The notes below the pieces were generated by a model. That model was not told the origin of the DNA, did no database searches, and saw only the letters and a program-made list of their open reading frames with translations. DNA of 64,000 nucleotides from contig NC_043001.1 of NCBI RefSeq assembly GCF_006345805.1, positions 23,498,001-23,562,000 of the forward strand, read 5' to 3'. A program made the position numbers and the translations under genes. The DNA is from Octopus sinensis (Eukaryota). Positions 37,630-49,925 of this stretch are shown one piece after another. Numbering within the stretch: position 1 is the stretch's first letter; every line of letters begins with the position of its first letter.

Positions 37630-38020
37630 GAGTGTATTTTTACCTTGTTAACAATTAACACGGAAAAATAAATAAATAGTTACCAGGGCAGCAAAAATCT
37701 CACAAGTAAAGATGTTGTAACTCCTTGTTTATAAAGGTTGAAACTTCGTGTTTACGTTGAATATTTTGAATAATATGAATAAAAAATGGAGTTAACACAG
37801 GTTTTAACAAGTATTTTTACTTTCTACACATGTTTCGAAAATTCCACTGATACTATTCAAAAGAATAAATGGTATAAACAATGCAATCTTCTCTTCGAAG
37901 AGAAGATTGCATTGTTTATACCATTTATTCTTTTGAATAGTTTCAGTGGAATTTTCGAAACATGTGTAGAAAGTAAAAATACTTGTTTAAACCTGCGTTA
38001 ACTCCATTTTTTATTCATAT
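37159..38020. repeat. Tandem duplication (period 463 bp), each unit holding a 248-bp zero-loop palindrome
   Basis: Units start at 37159 and 37622; palindromes 37310-37557 and 37773-38020 are centred on TTCGAA; ORFs 37323 and 37786 differ by one residue. Confidence 0.95.
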
Positions 38021-38519
38021 ATATATATATATAATATATATATATATAGGTGCAGAAGTGTGGTAAGTAGCTTGCTTACCAACCACATGGTTCTGGGTTC
38101 TCATCCCACTGCGTGGTACCTCGGGCAAGTGTCTTCTACTATAGCCTCAGGCCGACCAAAGCCTTGTGAGTGGATTTGGTAGACAGAAACTGAAAGAAGT
38201 CTGTCATATGTTTGTGTGTCTGTGTTTGTCACCTCAACCATCACTTGACAACCGATGTTAGTGTGTTTACATCCCCATAGCTTAGCGGTTTGGCAAAAGT
38301 GACTGATAGAATAAATACTAGGCTTACAAAGAAGAAGTCCTAGGGTCAGTTTGTTTGACTAAAAGGCAGTGTTCCAGCATGGCTGCAATCAAATGACTGA
38401 AACAAATAGAAGAAAAAAAAGAAAGAATTTATATAATCAATAATACCTAGAAGAAGGTACTTGTTTTCCACTTGCAAACATAAATGGAGCTTTGGCCTGG
38501 AGGAACTGATGGCATCAGA

Positions 38520-38960
38520 TGCATCCAACAATCATTGGGTGTTTCTGTTACAACCCTGAGCCATCACACCCTCCTGTTGGGTCAGCAGAGCTGGTCAAAT
38601 CACTGCTTTATCATCTCCTCCTGGCTTCCACCTTAACTCTTCTCTCTGCTCTGTAACCAGCAAGAAGCTCTCTCTGCTGTCTCTTCCATCTTGCACTTGG
38701 CCAACCTTTGCTCTCTTCCTCTCATTCCATTGGTTGTAAGCATTCTCCATACCAACTGGGCAAGGAATCCCCTACAGCTAGCCTTGACTGCCATCTCTTC
38801 TTGCAATCCTGCAGAAGGCTCTTGTACTTGACATTTCAGTTTGAAGGCTTCGTCACCATCTTCTTCCCATAGGACTGTAAGCTCGATCAAAATTATTTTC
38901 CATTGATAAGTTGGTGTATAATATCCTGTCTGTGTCACTGTATTATATGCATGCAAAGAC
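38520..38960 (-). mobile_element. 3' end of an RLE-type non-LTR retrotransposon (HERO-like) (approx.)
   Basis: ORF 38633..38962 reads IILIELTVLWEE...SCRGF...GMRG...EETAERASCWL, matching the ELTVPWEE...VGCRGF...AAERAS.W pattern. Confidence 0.7.
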
Positions 38961-39413
38961 AACTCTTAACGACCCAGTTTTACTTTGCTGTCAAGTAAGT
39001 CACATTAACAAGGGTTTGTTAACGTTCAGTACTTCTTATCTTAAGTTTTCCTCTGATCAAAAATTACAATAGTCTATCATTTTCATACAAGGTGAGTTGT
39101 CTCTTAGTTGTTTAACTCCATAAAAACAGGGATAAGCTTTAATAAACCCATATACTGAGTGAGAGACTCTTTCCAGATACTAGAAATGAACTCAGCAATT
39201 TGCTGGGGATGTTTTCATTGAAATTATATTCAACCAATCATTCTTCTTTATTCTTCACAACTGTTCTCCTTTGATAAATATCTGAGACTCTATTTCTATT
39301 CAGAAAATACCAAGAATATTGTAAATAAATTGTGAACTGTTTGCTTTATTTATACTTGTTGAATTTTGCTCATACATATATATATAAAAGAGAAATTATA
39401 TTTTGTCTTATAG

Positions 39414-39569
39414 TTGAAAGGGTTTTCGAAAAAGTTACTGAATTCTGAAGTAAACAAGATGATCAACGCAATTAATTTGGAAGCGAAAAGAAATGTTTTA
39501 TCGAAAAATCTTTCTGGAGGAATGAAACGAAGATTATCTTTAGGAATTGCTCTCGTTGGAGATTCAAAG
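39414..39569 (+). CDS. ABCA3-like: ABCA exon 9, NBD1 signature (LSGGMKRRLSLGIALVGDSK)
   Basis: cttatag/GTATTT; ABCA-type signature LSGGMKR; 156 bp, phase 0 to 0. Confidence 0.97.
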
Positions 39570-40914
39570 GTATTTTGGATAGTTTCTACATCATAATCTT
39601 ATGACAGCTGTTATGATACCCAGGTGCACCTTGTCACACTCTGATTATGTCTTATATTCGATTCTATAATCATATTGCAGTAGTTTCCTTATCATGAATA
39701 CTCTTACAATGTTTGCATCTCCACTTGATGCTTGAAAAAGAGCTCGATACATAAATATTGGAAATTGTTTCCTCAGAAAGAAATTAATATTTATTTCAAG
39801 CATGACAGAATTGGAACTATTTGAAATGTTTAGGAGGCGGGTGGCTTAGTGGTTAGGGTGTTGAGCTCATGATCGTAAGGTTGTGGTTTCGATTCCTGGA
39901 CCGGCCGATGCGTTGTATTCTTGAGCAAAACACTTCATTTTCATGTTGCTCCAGTCCACTCAGCTGGCAAACACGAATAATCCTGCAACGGACCGGCGTC
40001 CCGTCCAGGTGGGGAATTTCTACGCTACTGAAACTGGGAAACCGCCCCTTATGAGCCTGGCATGGCTCGAGAAGGAACATTTTTAGTGGAGGCGCAATGG
40101 CCCAGTGGTTAGGGCAGCGGACTCGTGGTCTGAGGATTGCAGTTTCAATTCCCAGACTGGGCGTTGTGTGTGTTTATTGAGCGAAAACACCTAAAGCTCC
40201 ATGAGGCTCCGGCAGTGGGTGGTGGCGACCCCTGTTGTACTCTTTCGCCCTAACTTTCTCTCACTCTTTCTTCCTGTTTCTTGAGTAACGCTGCGATGGA
40301 CTGGCATCCTGTCCAGCTGGAGGGAACACATACACCATAGAACAGGGAAACTGGGCCCATGAGCCTGGCAAGGCTTGAAAAGGGCGCATAAATAAAAAAT
40401 AAAATTGAAATGTTTAACATTCTTTATTACAAAATCTCTGTAATATATCAAGATTAAAATCTTATTATTTTATCTGACTCTATGATTCCATAAAACTATT
40501 TGCCATAACAATAACATCAACTAGATAACATGAAGCTTTTCATCAGTAAAAGGAACTTATAATCTTGGTTCTTGGTTCTTGGTTCAGAAATTTTTAGCAG
40601 AAAAAAAAACAAAATATGCCCTGAATAGGATCACTATCTACCACTGATATCCTTTTCAGAAAATTTGGTATCTATTCTCATTTGCTAAGTTAATTGAAAT
40701 AATAAAGTTAAGAAACATTAAATGCTTGTAACAGGTTTGGATTCACAAGAATCCATACCCTTATTTTACATGTAAAAGATGCATATACGTCACTAATACC
40801 CTTGAGAAGATTGTGTGAACACATTTCATTTTCCTTTCCTAATAAATATTGATAAATTCCATGTCTTTGTCATAAATTGTTATAACAGAAAGTAACTAAA
40901 TAATATCTCCATAG

Positions 40915-41125
40915 ATTGTTATCCTCGATGAGCCTTCCTCGGGATTAGATCCTAATGCACGCCGTCAAGTTTGGTCTGTTCTCGAAAAGCACAGGATGGG
41001 TCGCACAATGCTTCTTACAACTCACTTTATGGATGAAGCAGACCATTTGGGAGATAGAATTGCTATCATTTCTGATGGTGTTCTCAAATGTGCTGGTAGT
41101 TCTCTGTTTTTAAAGTCAAAATATG
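40915..41125 (+). CDS. ABCA3-like: ABCA exon 10, NBD1 Walker B, D-loop and H-loop ([11 protein letters not shown]...[17 protein letters not shown])
   Basis: ccatag/GTAAGT; 211 bp, phase 0 to 1; ends with the ABCA motif [11 protein letters not shown]. Confidence 0.97.
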
Positions 41126-43092
41126 GTAAGTTATTATTTGCTTTCTGCACCCACACGCTGATAGACACCTAAACACACAGACTCAGCCCTACACACATAA
41201 ATACATCATCATCATCATCATCGTTTAACGTCCGTTTTCCATGCTAGCATGGGTTGGACGGTTCAACTAGGGCCTGGGAAGCCAGAAGGCTGCGCCAGGC
41301 CCAGTCTGATCTGGCAGTGTTTCTACAGCTGGATGCCCTTCCTAATGCCAACCACTCCATGAGTGTAATGGGTGCTTTTTACGTGCTACCGGCACAGGTG
41401 CCAGACGAGGCTGGCAAACGGCCACGATCGGATGGTGCTTTTTATGTGCCACCGGCACGGAGGCCAGTCAGGACAAGGCATGCAGCTTAGTGGTTAGGGT
41501 ATTCAATTCACAATCGTAAGGTTGTGAGTTCAATTCCGGGTTCCACATTGTGCCCTTGATCCAGTCACTTTATTTCACATTGCTTCAGTCTACTCAGCTA
41601 GCAAAAATGAGAAGTACCTGTATTTCAAAGAATCAGCCTTCTCACATTTTGTGTCATGTGGAATATCCCTGAGAACTATGTTAAGGGTATGTGTCTATGT
41701 TAAGGGCGGCGAGCTGGCAGAAACGTTAGCATGCTAGGCGAAATGCTTTGCGGTATTTCGTCTGCCACTATGTTCTGAGTTCAAATTCCGCCGAGGTCGA
41801 CTTTTCCTTTCATCCTTTCGGGGTCGATAAATTAAGTACCAGTTACGCACTGTGGTCGATGTAATCGACTTAATCCGTTTGTCTGTCCTTGTTTGTCCCC
41901 TCTATGTTTAGCTCCTTGTGGGCAATAAAGTAATAAGAAACGTTAGCACGCCGGGCGAAATGCTTTGCGGTATTTCGCCCGTTGCTACGTTCTGAGTTCA
42001 AGTTCTACCGGGGTCGACTTTGCCTTTCATCCTTTCGGGGTCGATAAATCAAGTACCAGTTACGCACTGGGGTCGATGTAATCGACTTAATCCATTTGTC
42101 TGTCCTTGTTTGTCCTCTCTGTGTTTAGCCCCTTGTGGGTAGTAAAGAAATAGGTATGTGTCTGTGGAGTGCTCAGCCACTTGCATGTCAAATTTATGAG
42201 CAGGCGGTTCTCTTGATCAGACTAACCGGAACCCACATCATCATAACTGATGGAGTGCCAGTCCTATGCACATATACAAACACTCATACATGAGACAAAT
42301 TGCAGAAAAAACATATTTTAAAAAATGTGAGTTTGATAATTATATTTCCTTTGATTTGATTTGTCTTTCATAATTTTGACTTAGTTATATTGATCAAATA
42401 CCCACTATCCTCTACAGCATGGACTGGGTTCATTGTATCATGCCCCCAGTATTTAGGCGGCAAGGTGGCAGAAAAGTAAGCACGCCGGAGGAAATGCGTA
42501 GCCGTATTTCGTCTGCTGTTACGATCTGAGTTCAAATTCTGCCAAGGTCAACTTTGCCTTTCATCCTTTCGGAGTCGATTAAATAAGTACCAGTTATGCA
42601 CTGGGGTCGATATAATCGACTTAATCCGTTTGTCCTTGTTTGTCCCCTCTATGTTTAGCCCCTTGTGGGTAGTAAAGAAATAAGTATTAGAGAGGCTTTC
42701 TTCCAGGCCTGAAGTATCCATTTTACGCTGATCTTTTAGATGGGTCGTCTTCAGTGTAAATTACAGAGTTCATGTTTTCTCCCTGAAGACTTTTCAGTTT
42801 CTTCTCTCCCAGCTGGATCATCTGCAATATGTATTTTATTCCTCACTGTATATTGTTTGGGTATAGGGTACTCATGGTGGGAAAGTATGCGGGGGAGGGA
42901 CTTGCTGTAGGCTGGTAGATGTTAGGTTTGTTTGACTTACTAGTGGCAAGCTCCAGTACCCATGTGTTATGTGTGAGATACAAGAATACCTTGAGTGAAA
43001 GTGGGTAGCTTACAGCTGATCTTAATTAATGGCAAATGTAGCCAGTTACTGGTAGGTCGGGGATAATAACAACCAGCTGTATTTTCCATTAA

Positions 43093-43312
43093 CCTTTTCG
43101 TTACCAACCCGGCTGAAACCAGCTCTGGCTCTGAGTACAAATGTCTTGTTTTCATAAGTTTTGAATTAAAATCTTCCACCAAACCTTAGTCACAATTTAT
43201 GTTCCTAACACTAGCTGAATGATAACTAAGTTATTTTACTAAATTCTTTGTTATATTTAAAGTAATCGAAAGAAACACAGAGCATCTCAAAATAAATACA
43301 GTAACGAAAGGG
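43093..43312. mobile_element. piggyBac-type MITE, subfamily A (220 bp)
   Basis: TTAA flanks; homologous to 1585-1805. Confidence 0.8.
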
Positions 43313-43559
43313 TTAATTAAGATTATATTATGCGAGAGTCTATAAGATAACAAAGAAATGGTCAAATACAGTAGTCTGAAAAGCAACAGCTAGAAGCAAT
43401 GAAACATTTGATTTTTCTTGGAATATTGTCATAGATGATAATAAAGATGAGGTAGTCATTTGCTATGTTCTTTGTAGATTATATTATTTGTTTATGTACA
43501 GGAAAAATAGTCAGTGTTATCCCTAATTTTTTTCTCTGTGGATCTATCTATCTGCTCAG

Positions 43560-43760
43560 TCGAAGTCAACTCTCAGTTACTCGATGGATCAGTGTCCTCC
43601 AGTCAGTTCTATCCTGGGCCTCTTCTTTCAGATTGGCTACATCCATTCTGGTATCACTCTTGATGGTGTCAAGCCAGCGGGTTCTTGGTTGGCCTCTCTG
43701 TGGATATTTGCAGAGATTTGCTTGTGTGCAGGTTTTGTCTTTTTTTTGCAAAACATATGC
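43560..43760 (-). mobile_element. RTE (BovB-like) C-terminal fragment (approx.)
   Basis: RGQPRTRWLDTIK...QDRTDWRTLIHRV. Confidence 0.7.
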
Positions 43761-44388
43761 ACATCCATCAGAATAATTTCTAAAAATTTGATTTCATCTT
43801 GAAAACCTTATATGTACACATTTTGTTTCCTTTGTGCACTAGTTGAAAAACATATATACATGCACAAGAACACAGCTAAAAAGAGACAATGGTAGAAGTA
43901 TTTACAAGAATAGAAATTAAATAAACAAATGGAAAAAAAACAAACTGAAGTTGAATTCTCTTGCTACAGCCATGTATGATTCAAAGTCTCCTCAGAATTT
44001 ATCTGAAGATTTAGAGACATTGATGGAAGCAGACATAGCCATCTGGAATAGTTTCTAGCCTTTTAAATCATGAAGCATTTACTTATATTTCTGGCTAGAC
44101 ATCACATGATAGCTGTAAATGAATGTCACCAACATGTAAGCGGTGTCCTTTCCTTTCCAATCTTCTGGAAAAAACATATCTGGTCTTATTCTTTTCTTTT
44201 CTTCTTTTACTTGTTTCAATCATTTGACTGCGGCCATGTTAGAGCACCGCCCTTTGTCGAATCAAATCGACCCCAGGACTTATTCTTTGTAAGCCTAGTA
44301 CTTATTCTAAGTACTAGGCCTACCTAAACACACCAGCATCAGTTGTCAAGCGATGTTGGGGGGGGGGGACAAACGCAGACACACACAC

Positions 44389-44419
<31 letters not shown>

Positions 44420-45366
44420 CATATATACGACGGGCTTCTTTCAGTTTCCGTCTACCAAATCCATTCACAAGGCTTTGGTCGGCCCGAGGCTATAGCAGAA
44501 GACACTTGCCCAAGGTGCCATGCAGGGGGACTGAACCCGGAACCATGTGGTTGGTAAGCAAGCTATTTACCACACAGCCACTCCTGCGCCTGGGGAAATA
44601 TTACCTTACTTGGGAACAGGATTAGCATCTGGCTGTAGAAAATCTGCCTCAACAATATAACCCATGTAGGAATAGGAAAGTGCACATTAAAATGAAGATA
44701 ATGTTGGGGTGGTGGTGGTGGTGGCAGTGGCAGCTGCATGAAAATTAACAATATGGCCAAGAAGTTATATATCCATTCCTTAAATATAGAACTGAAGTTA
44801 AATATTGAATAAATAAAATAATTAATGAACAGAAGAAATGATAAGATGTCTACTATCAAATGATCAAATTTCAGAATCATTTAACCAGTATTAGTCAAAT
44901 TGATATAAAATGATTCATATAGGCGTAGGAATGGCTGTGTGGTAAGTAGCTTGCTTACGAACCACATGATCCTGGGTTCAGTCCTGCGCGAGTGTCTTCT
45001 ACTCTAGCCTCGGCCCAACCAAAGCCTTGTGAGTGGATTTGGTAGACGGAAACTGAAAGAAGCCCATTGTATATATGTTTATATATGTGTGTATGTGTGT
45101 GTCTATATGTTTATGTGTCCCCCAACAACACTTGACAACCATTGCTGGTGTGTTTACGTCCCTGTAACTTAGCGGTTCAGCAAAAGAGACCGATAGAATA
45201 AGTACTAGGCTTACAAAGAATAAGTCCCGGGGTCGATTCGCTCGACTAAAAGGCGGTGCTCCAGCATGGCCACAGTCAAATGACTGAAACAAGTAAAAGA
45301 GTAAAAGACTATATCAATGTCCAATACTTAATGGTTAAATGTTTCTTTTGTGTTTTTTCTTTCTAG

Positions 45367-45616
45367 GCGCTGGCTACCATTTGGTGATAGTGAAAACTCC
45401 TCAATGCAATGTGGCCAATGTCACACAGTTACTTAAGTCTTTTGTTCCTGAAGCAATGATGGAAAGCAATGTTGGAGCCGAACTGTCATATCTTTTACCT
45501 CATGACAGCAGCTGCTATTTTGAAAAACTCTTTAACACAATACAGAGTAAACAAGCTAATTTAGGAATATCAAATTATGGTGTTTCTGTGACGACAATGG
45601 AAGAAGTATTTCTTAA
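45367..45616 (+). CDS. ABCA3-like: ABCA exon 11, regulatory domain R1 (GAGYHLVIVK...YGVSVTTMEEVFLK)
   Basis: ttctag/GTTAGT; SVTT.EEVFL motif; 250 bp, phase 1 to 2. Confidence 0.96.
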
Positions 45617-45715
45617 GTTAGTATATTTAAAATGGCTATGTTTTTAATAAACTCACACTCACATATATGTATATGGGTGGGTGTGTTTGTGTGTGTATAT
45701 GTGTGTGTGTTTGTG

Positions 45716-45746
<31 letters not shown>

Positions 45747-45816
45747 TCACATATATATATATATACTCATATACATATATATATACACACACACACATAT
45801 ATATATATACATATAT

Positions 45817-46027
45817 ATATTATATTAAATTAGAGACAAAACCACTATTATGCAAATCAAACAAAGAAAGACTTAAGCCAATACATAAAATAATTTATAT
45901 AAATTAGAAATTTAACAATTATAATTGTTAAATTTCTAAATTTATATAAATTATTTTATGTATTGGCTTAAGTCTTTCTTTGTTTGATTTGCATAATAGT
46001 GGTTTTGTCTCTAATTTAATATAATAT
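45817..46027. repeat. Zero-loop palindrome, about 210 bp
   Basis: Arms of about 105 bp centred between 45921 and 45922 (CAATTATAATTG); one indel between the arms. Confidence 0.93.
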
Positions 46028-46106
46028 AATATTTTACTATAAAATTGGATTCAATCCTAAATCTGATTTTTCCCTGTAAATTTGGATTTATTCCCTAATA
46101 TTTATT

Positions 46107-46176
<70 letters not shown>

Positions 46177-46804
46177 GGGCTCAGTGCCCCTCTCCTCTTC
46201 ATCTGACTCCCCTCCTCTCTTCATCTTGCACCTACTTCCACTCTTCCCTCCTGCTCACCTTCTCCCTTCATCGTTACCCCCTTCCATCCACACCCCACCT
46301 ATACACATCTCAACCCCACCAACCCAATACATTCCAATCCTTCCACCCCACCCCACACATCCCACTCCCACATACCCCACCCCTAACCCCACATCCTCTC
46401 GCACCACCACCACCCCGCATCGCCTCGCACCCCCCACATCCCAACACCACCACACAGCATCATGTCACACCACAACACAACACACCACACTACCACAACA
46501 CAACACCACCACATCGCACCACTCTGCACGCACTAGCACTGATCACTTCCCAGCACCCACACCATCATCCACACACCTACACATGCACACATGCGAGATC
46601 ATGGCTTCAATTCCCAGACCAGGTGTTACATTGTATTTTTGAGCAAAGCACTTCATTTTACTTTGCTCTGCGATCATCTCGAGATCTGACCTGTGGAACC
46701 CGTTGCACCTGTACAGGTAATGTCGATCTTATGGAGGGAGTAAGCTTATGCCTACACAAACATTTGATCAACAGCATGATGCATTAGATACGAATAATAC
46801 AGAG

Positions 46805-48462
46805 GTATCAGGTTCTTGGCTCAGATAATGAAAGTCACGGAGAGGGTCATAGCCTAACTAATTAGGGAGAGGGTTAGTTTAGACGAGATGCAATTTGGGT
46901 TTGTGCCAGGGTAAAAACACCACTGATGCTATATTTCTGATAAGACAGCTGCAGGAGAAATACTTAGTCAAAGATAAACCTCTGTACCTGGCTTTCGTTG
47001 ACATGGAGAAAACCTTTGACAGGGTCCTCTGATTCCTTATCTGGTGGTCAATATGGAAGCTAAGGATAGATGAGTGGTTAGTGAGAGCTGTACAAGTCAT
47101 GTACAGGGATGCTGTCTGTAAGGTGAGGGTTGGCAACAAGTACAGTGAAGAATTCTGGATAGGGGTAGGGGTCCACCAAAGATCAGTCTTCAGCCACTTC
47201 TTATTCATCATAGTCCTCCAGGCAATAACAGGAATTCAAGACAGGATGCCTCTGGGAGCTTCTCTATGCTGATGACCTTGCTCTAATTGCTGAGTTGCTA
47301 TCAGAACTGGAGGAGAAGTTTCAGGTGTGGAAGCAAGGTCTAGAATCAAAGGGCCTTAGAGTCAATCTAGCAAAGACCAAAGTCTTAATAAGTAAGAAGG
47401 CAAATAAAACACAAATCCCTTCAGATAGATGGCCCTGTTCAATCTGTAGTAAAGGCATAGGTAGAAAGTCCATAAGATGTACCTAGTGTAAGCTATGGAT
47501 ACATAAGAGGTGCAGCAATATCAAAGGAAGGCTAACTGGGAAGATAATTTTTGTGTGTGGCAAAAGCACAGGGGCAATAAACACTGAAAATGTGAAGGAA
47601 ACAGCTTCCATCACATACCAGGGGAAAAACTATAAGTAGTTGATAGCTTCCGTTACCCAGGTGACCAAGTCAGTAGCAGGGGTGGATGCTCTGAGAGTGT
47701 AGCTGCTAGAATAAGAATCACCTGGGCAAAGTTCTGAGAGCTCCCACCTCTGCTGGTGACAAAGGGCTTCTCGCTCAGAGTAAAAGGTAGACTGTATGAC
47801 GCATGTGTACGAACAGCCAAGCTACATGGCAATGGAACATGGGCTGTGACTGCTGAGGACAAGGGTAAGCTTGCAAGAAATGAAGTTTGTATGCTCCACT
47901 GGATGTGTAATATCAGTGTGCCTACATGACAGAGTAGTACCCTGAGAGAAAAGTAAGAAGCATCAGATGTAGTGTGCAAGAGAGACGGCTATGTTGGTAT
48001 GGTCATGTGTTGTGTATGGATGAGGACATGTGTGTGAAAAAGTGTCACATCCTAGCAATAAAGGGAACCTGTGGAAGAGGTAGACCCAAGAAGACCTGGG
48101 ATGGAGTGATGAAATGCGACCTTTGAACGTTGGACCACATGGAGGTGATGACAAGTGACAGAGACTTTGGCGATACGCTGTGCTTCAGAAGACTTGGCAA
48201 GCCAAGTGAGACCATAACCTATACCAGTGCAGCGTAATCGGCCCATTTAATAGTACCCTTCAATCACTGGACAATAAACTGCGCTTGCAAAGACTTGTTG
48301 AGTCAAGTGAAGTTATTGTTGTGACTGATGCCAGAACCACCTGATTGGCACCTGTGCTGGTGGCACGTAAACAGCACCAGTTTGAGCATTGTCGTTGCCA
48401 GTGCTGCCTGACTGATTGCTGTGCCAGTGCATATAAAAAGCACCATTCGAGTGTGGTCATTG
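46805..48462 (+). mobile_element. 5'-truncated, frameshifted RTE LINE (RT domain, C-terminus and start of 3' UTR) (approx.)
   Basis: DEMQFGFVPG..TTDAIFLIRQLQEKY...AFVDMEKTFDRV; YADD at 47265-47276; multiple stops and frameshifts. Confidence 0.9.
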
Positions 48463-48472
48463 ACTTCATATA

Positions 48473-49038
48473 CTGGTGTAATTTCTCATGCTGAATGCAG
48501 TTTACTTTCAATATCTTTGACAAAATTTCGTATTTTAGAAATAATTTTGTGTTAAAGTTGTCATATTTGAGTAATTTTAACCAATCAATGACATGTATTC
48601 AGCAGAAGAAACCTACTGCTGTTTGCGACAGTAATCAAAGAGCAACAACATCTGGGTCATCTCTACTAAATGTATTTTTCAACAACATGCAGTAAACAAA
48701 AATAATATACAGCAGATTGGTGGAAATAATCACAAAATGAACACAGGCAAATGTACAAAGATGTGACCGAAAAGCAAAACAAGAAAATAAAAGCATGTCA
48801 TATGCAACACAGGCAGTAAACAAAAATAAAATAGAAAAATACATTTAGTAGAGATGACCTTGAAGTTGCTACTCTTCAATTACTATCAAAAACAACAGTA
48901 GGTTTCTTCAGCTGAATACATGTCATTGATTGGTTAAAATTACTCAAATACAACTTTATCACAAAATAACTTCTAAAATACGAAATTTTGTTACAAATGT
49001 TGAAAGTAAACAGTGTTCAGCATGAGAAATTACACCAG
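48473..49038. mobile_element. TA-flanked MITE with about 210-bp TIRs
   Basis: TA|CTGGTGTAATTTCTCATGCTGAA...TTCAGCATGAGAAATTACACCAG|TA; arms diverged but alignable. Confidence 0.75.
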
Positions 49039-49040
49039 TA

Positions 49041-49925
49041 TGTCTTCCTGGGTCTACCTCTACCACAGGTTCCCTCCACAGTTAAAGATTGGCGCTTCTT
49101 TACTCAGCTGTCCTCATCCATATGCATCACACAACCATACCAGCGCAGTCGCCTCTCTTGCACACTACATCTTTTCTCTTAAGATGCTTACACTCTGTCG
49201 AACATGCACACTGACATTGCACATCTAGTGAAGCATACTGGCTTCATTTTTCTCAAGCCTACGCATGTCCTCAGCTGTTTTAGCACATGCTTCACTGCCA
49301 TGCAGCATAGCTGTTCACACACAGGCTTCAAACAATCTGCCTTTCACTCTGAGAGAGAGGCCCTTTTTTGCCAGCAGGAGTAGGAGCTCTCTGAACTTTG
49401 CCTTACCTAATCTTATTCTCACAGCTACACTCTCAGAACATCTACCTCCACTACTAATCTGGTTGCCTAGATGCTGGAAGCTATCTACTTCCTCTGGCTT
49501 GCCACCCTGGTAGTTGGTGGAGTCTATTTTCTGCACATGCTCAGCATTTATTATGCCTGTGCATCTTCCACTTACAAAATATAGTTTCTCTGTTAACCTT
49601 CCTTTGATGTTGCTGCACCTTTTGTGTGTCCAAAGCTTACACTGGGTGCATCTATGGACTTTCTACCTACACCTTTTCTATAGATTGAGTAGGGCCATCT
49701 ACCTGAGGGGATTTGTGATTTGTCTGCCTTCCTACTTACTATGGCTTTGGTTTTTTGCTAAGTTAACTCTAAGGCCCTTTGATTCTAGACATTGTTTCCA
49801 TACCTGGAACTTCTCTTGTTCAGTTAGTGACTCAGCTATAAGAACAAGAGCATCAGCATAGAAGAACTCCTAGGGGCGGCCAGTCTTGAATTCCTCTGTT
49901 ATTGCTTGGAGGACTATGATTAATA
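49041..49925 (-). mobile_element. Second RTE LINE fragment, inverted relative to 46805-48462 (approx.)
   Basis: Minus strand gives FYADAL and GNQISSGG.CSESV..RIRLG.AKFRELL...LSLRVKGRLFEACV, homologous to the + copy. Confidence 0.88.
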
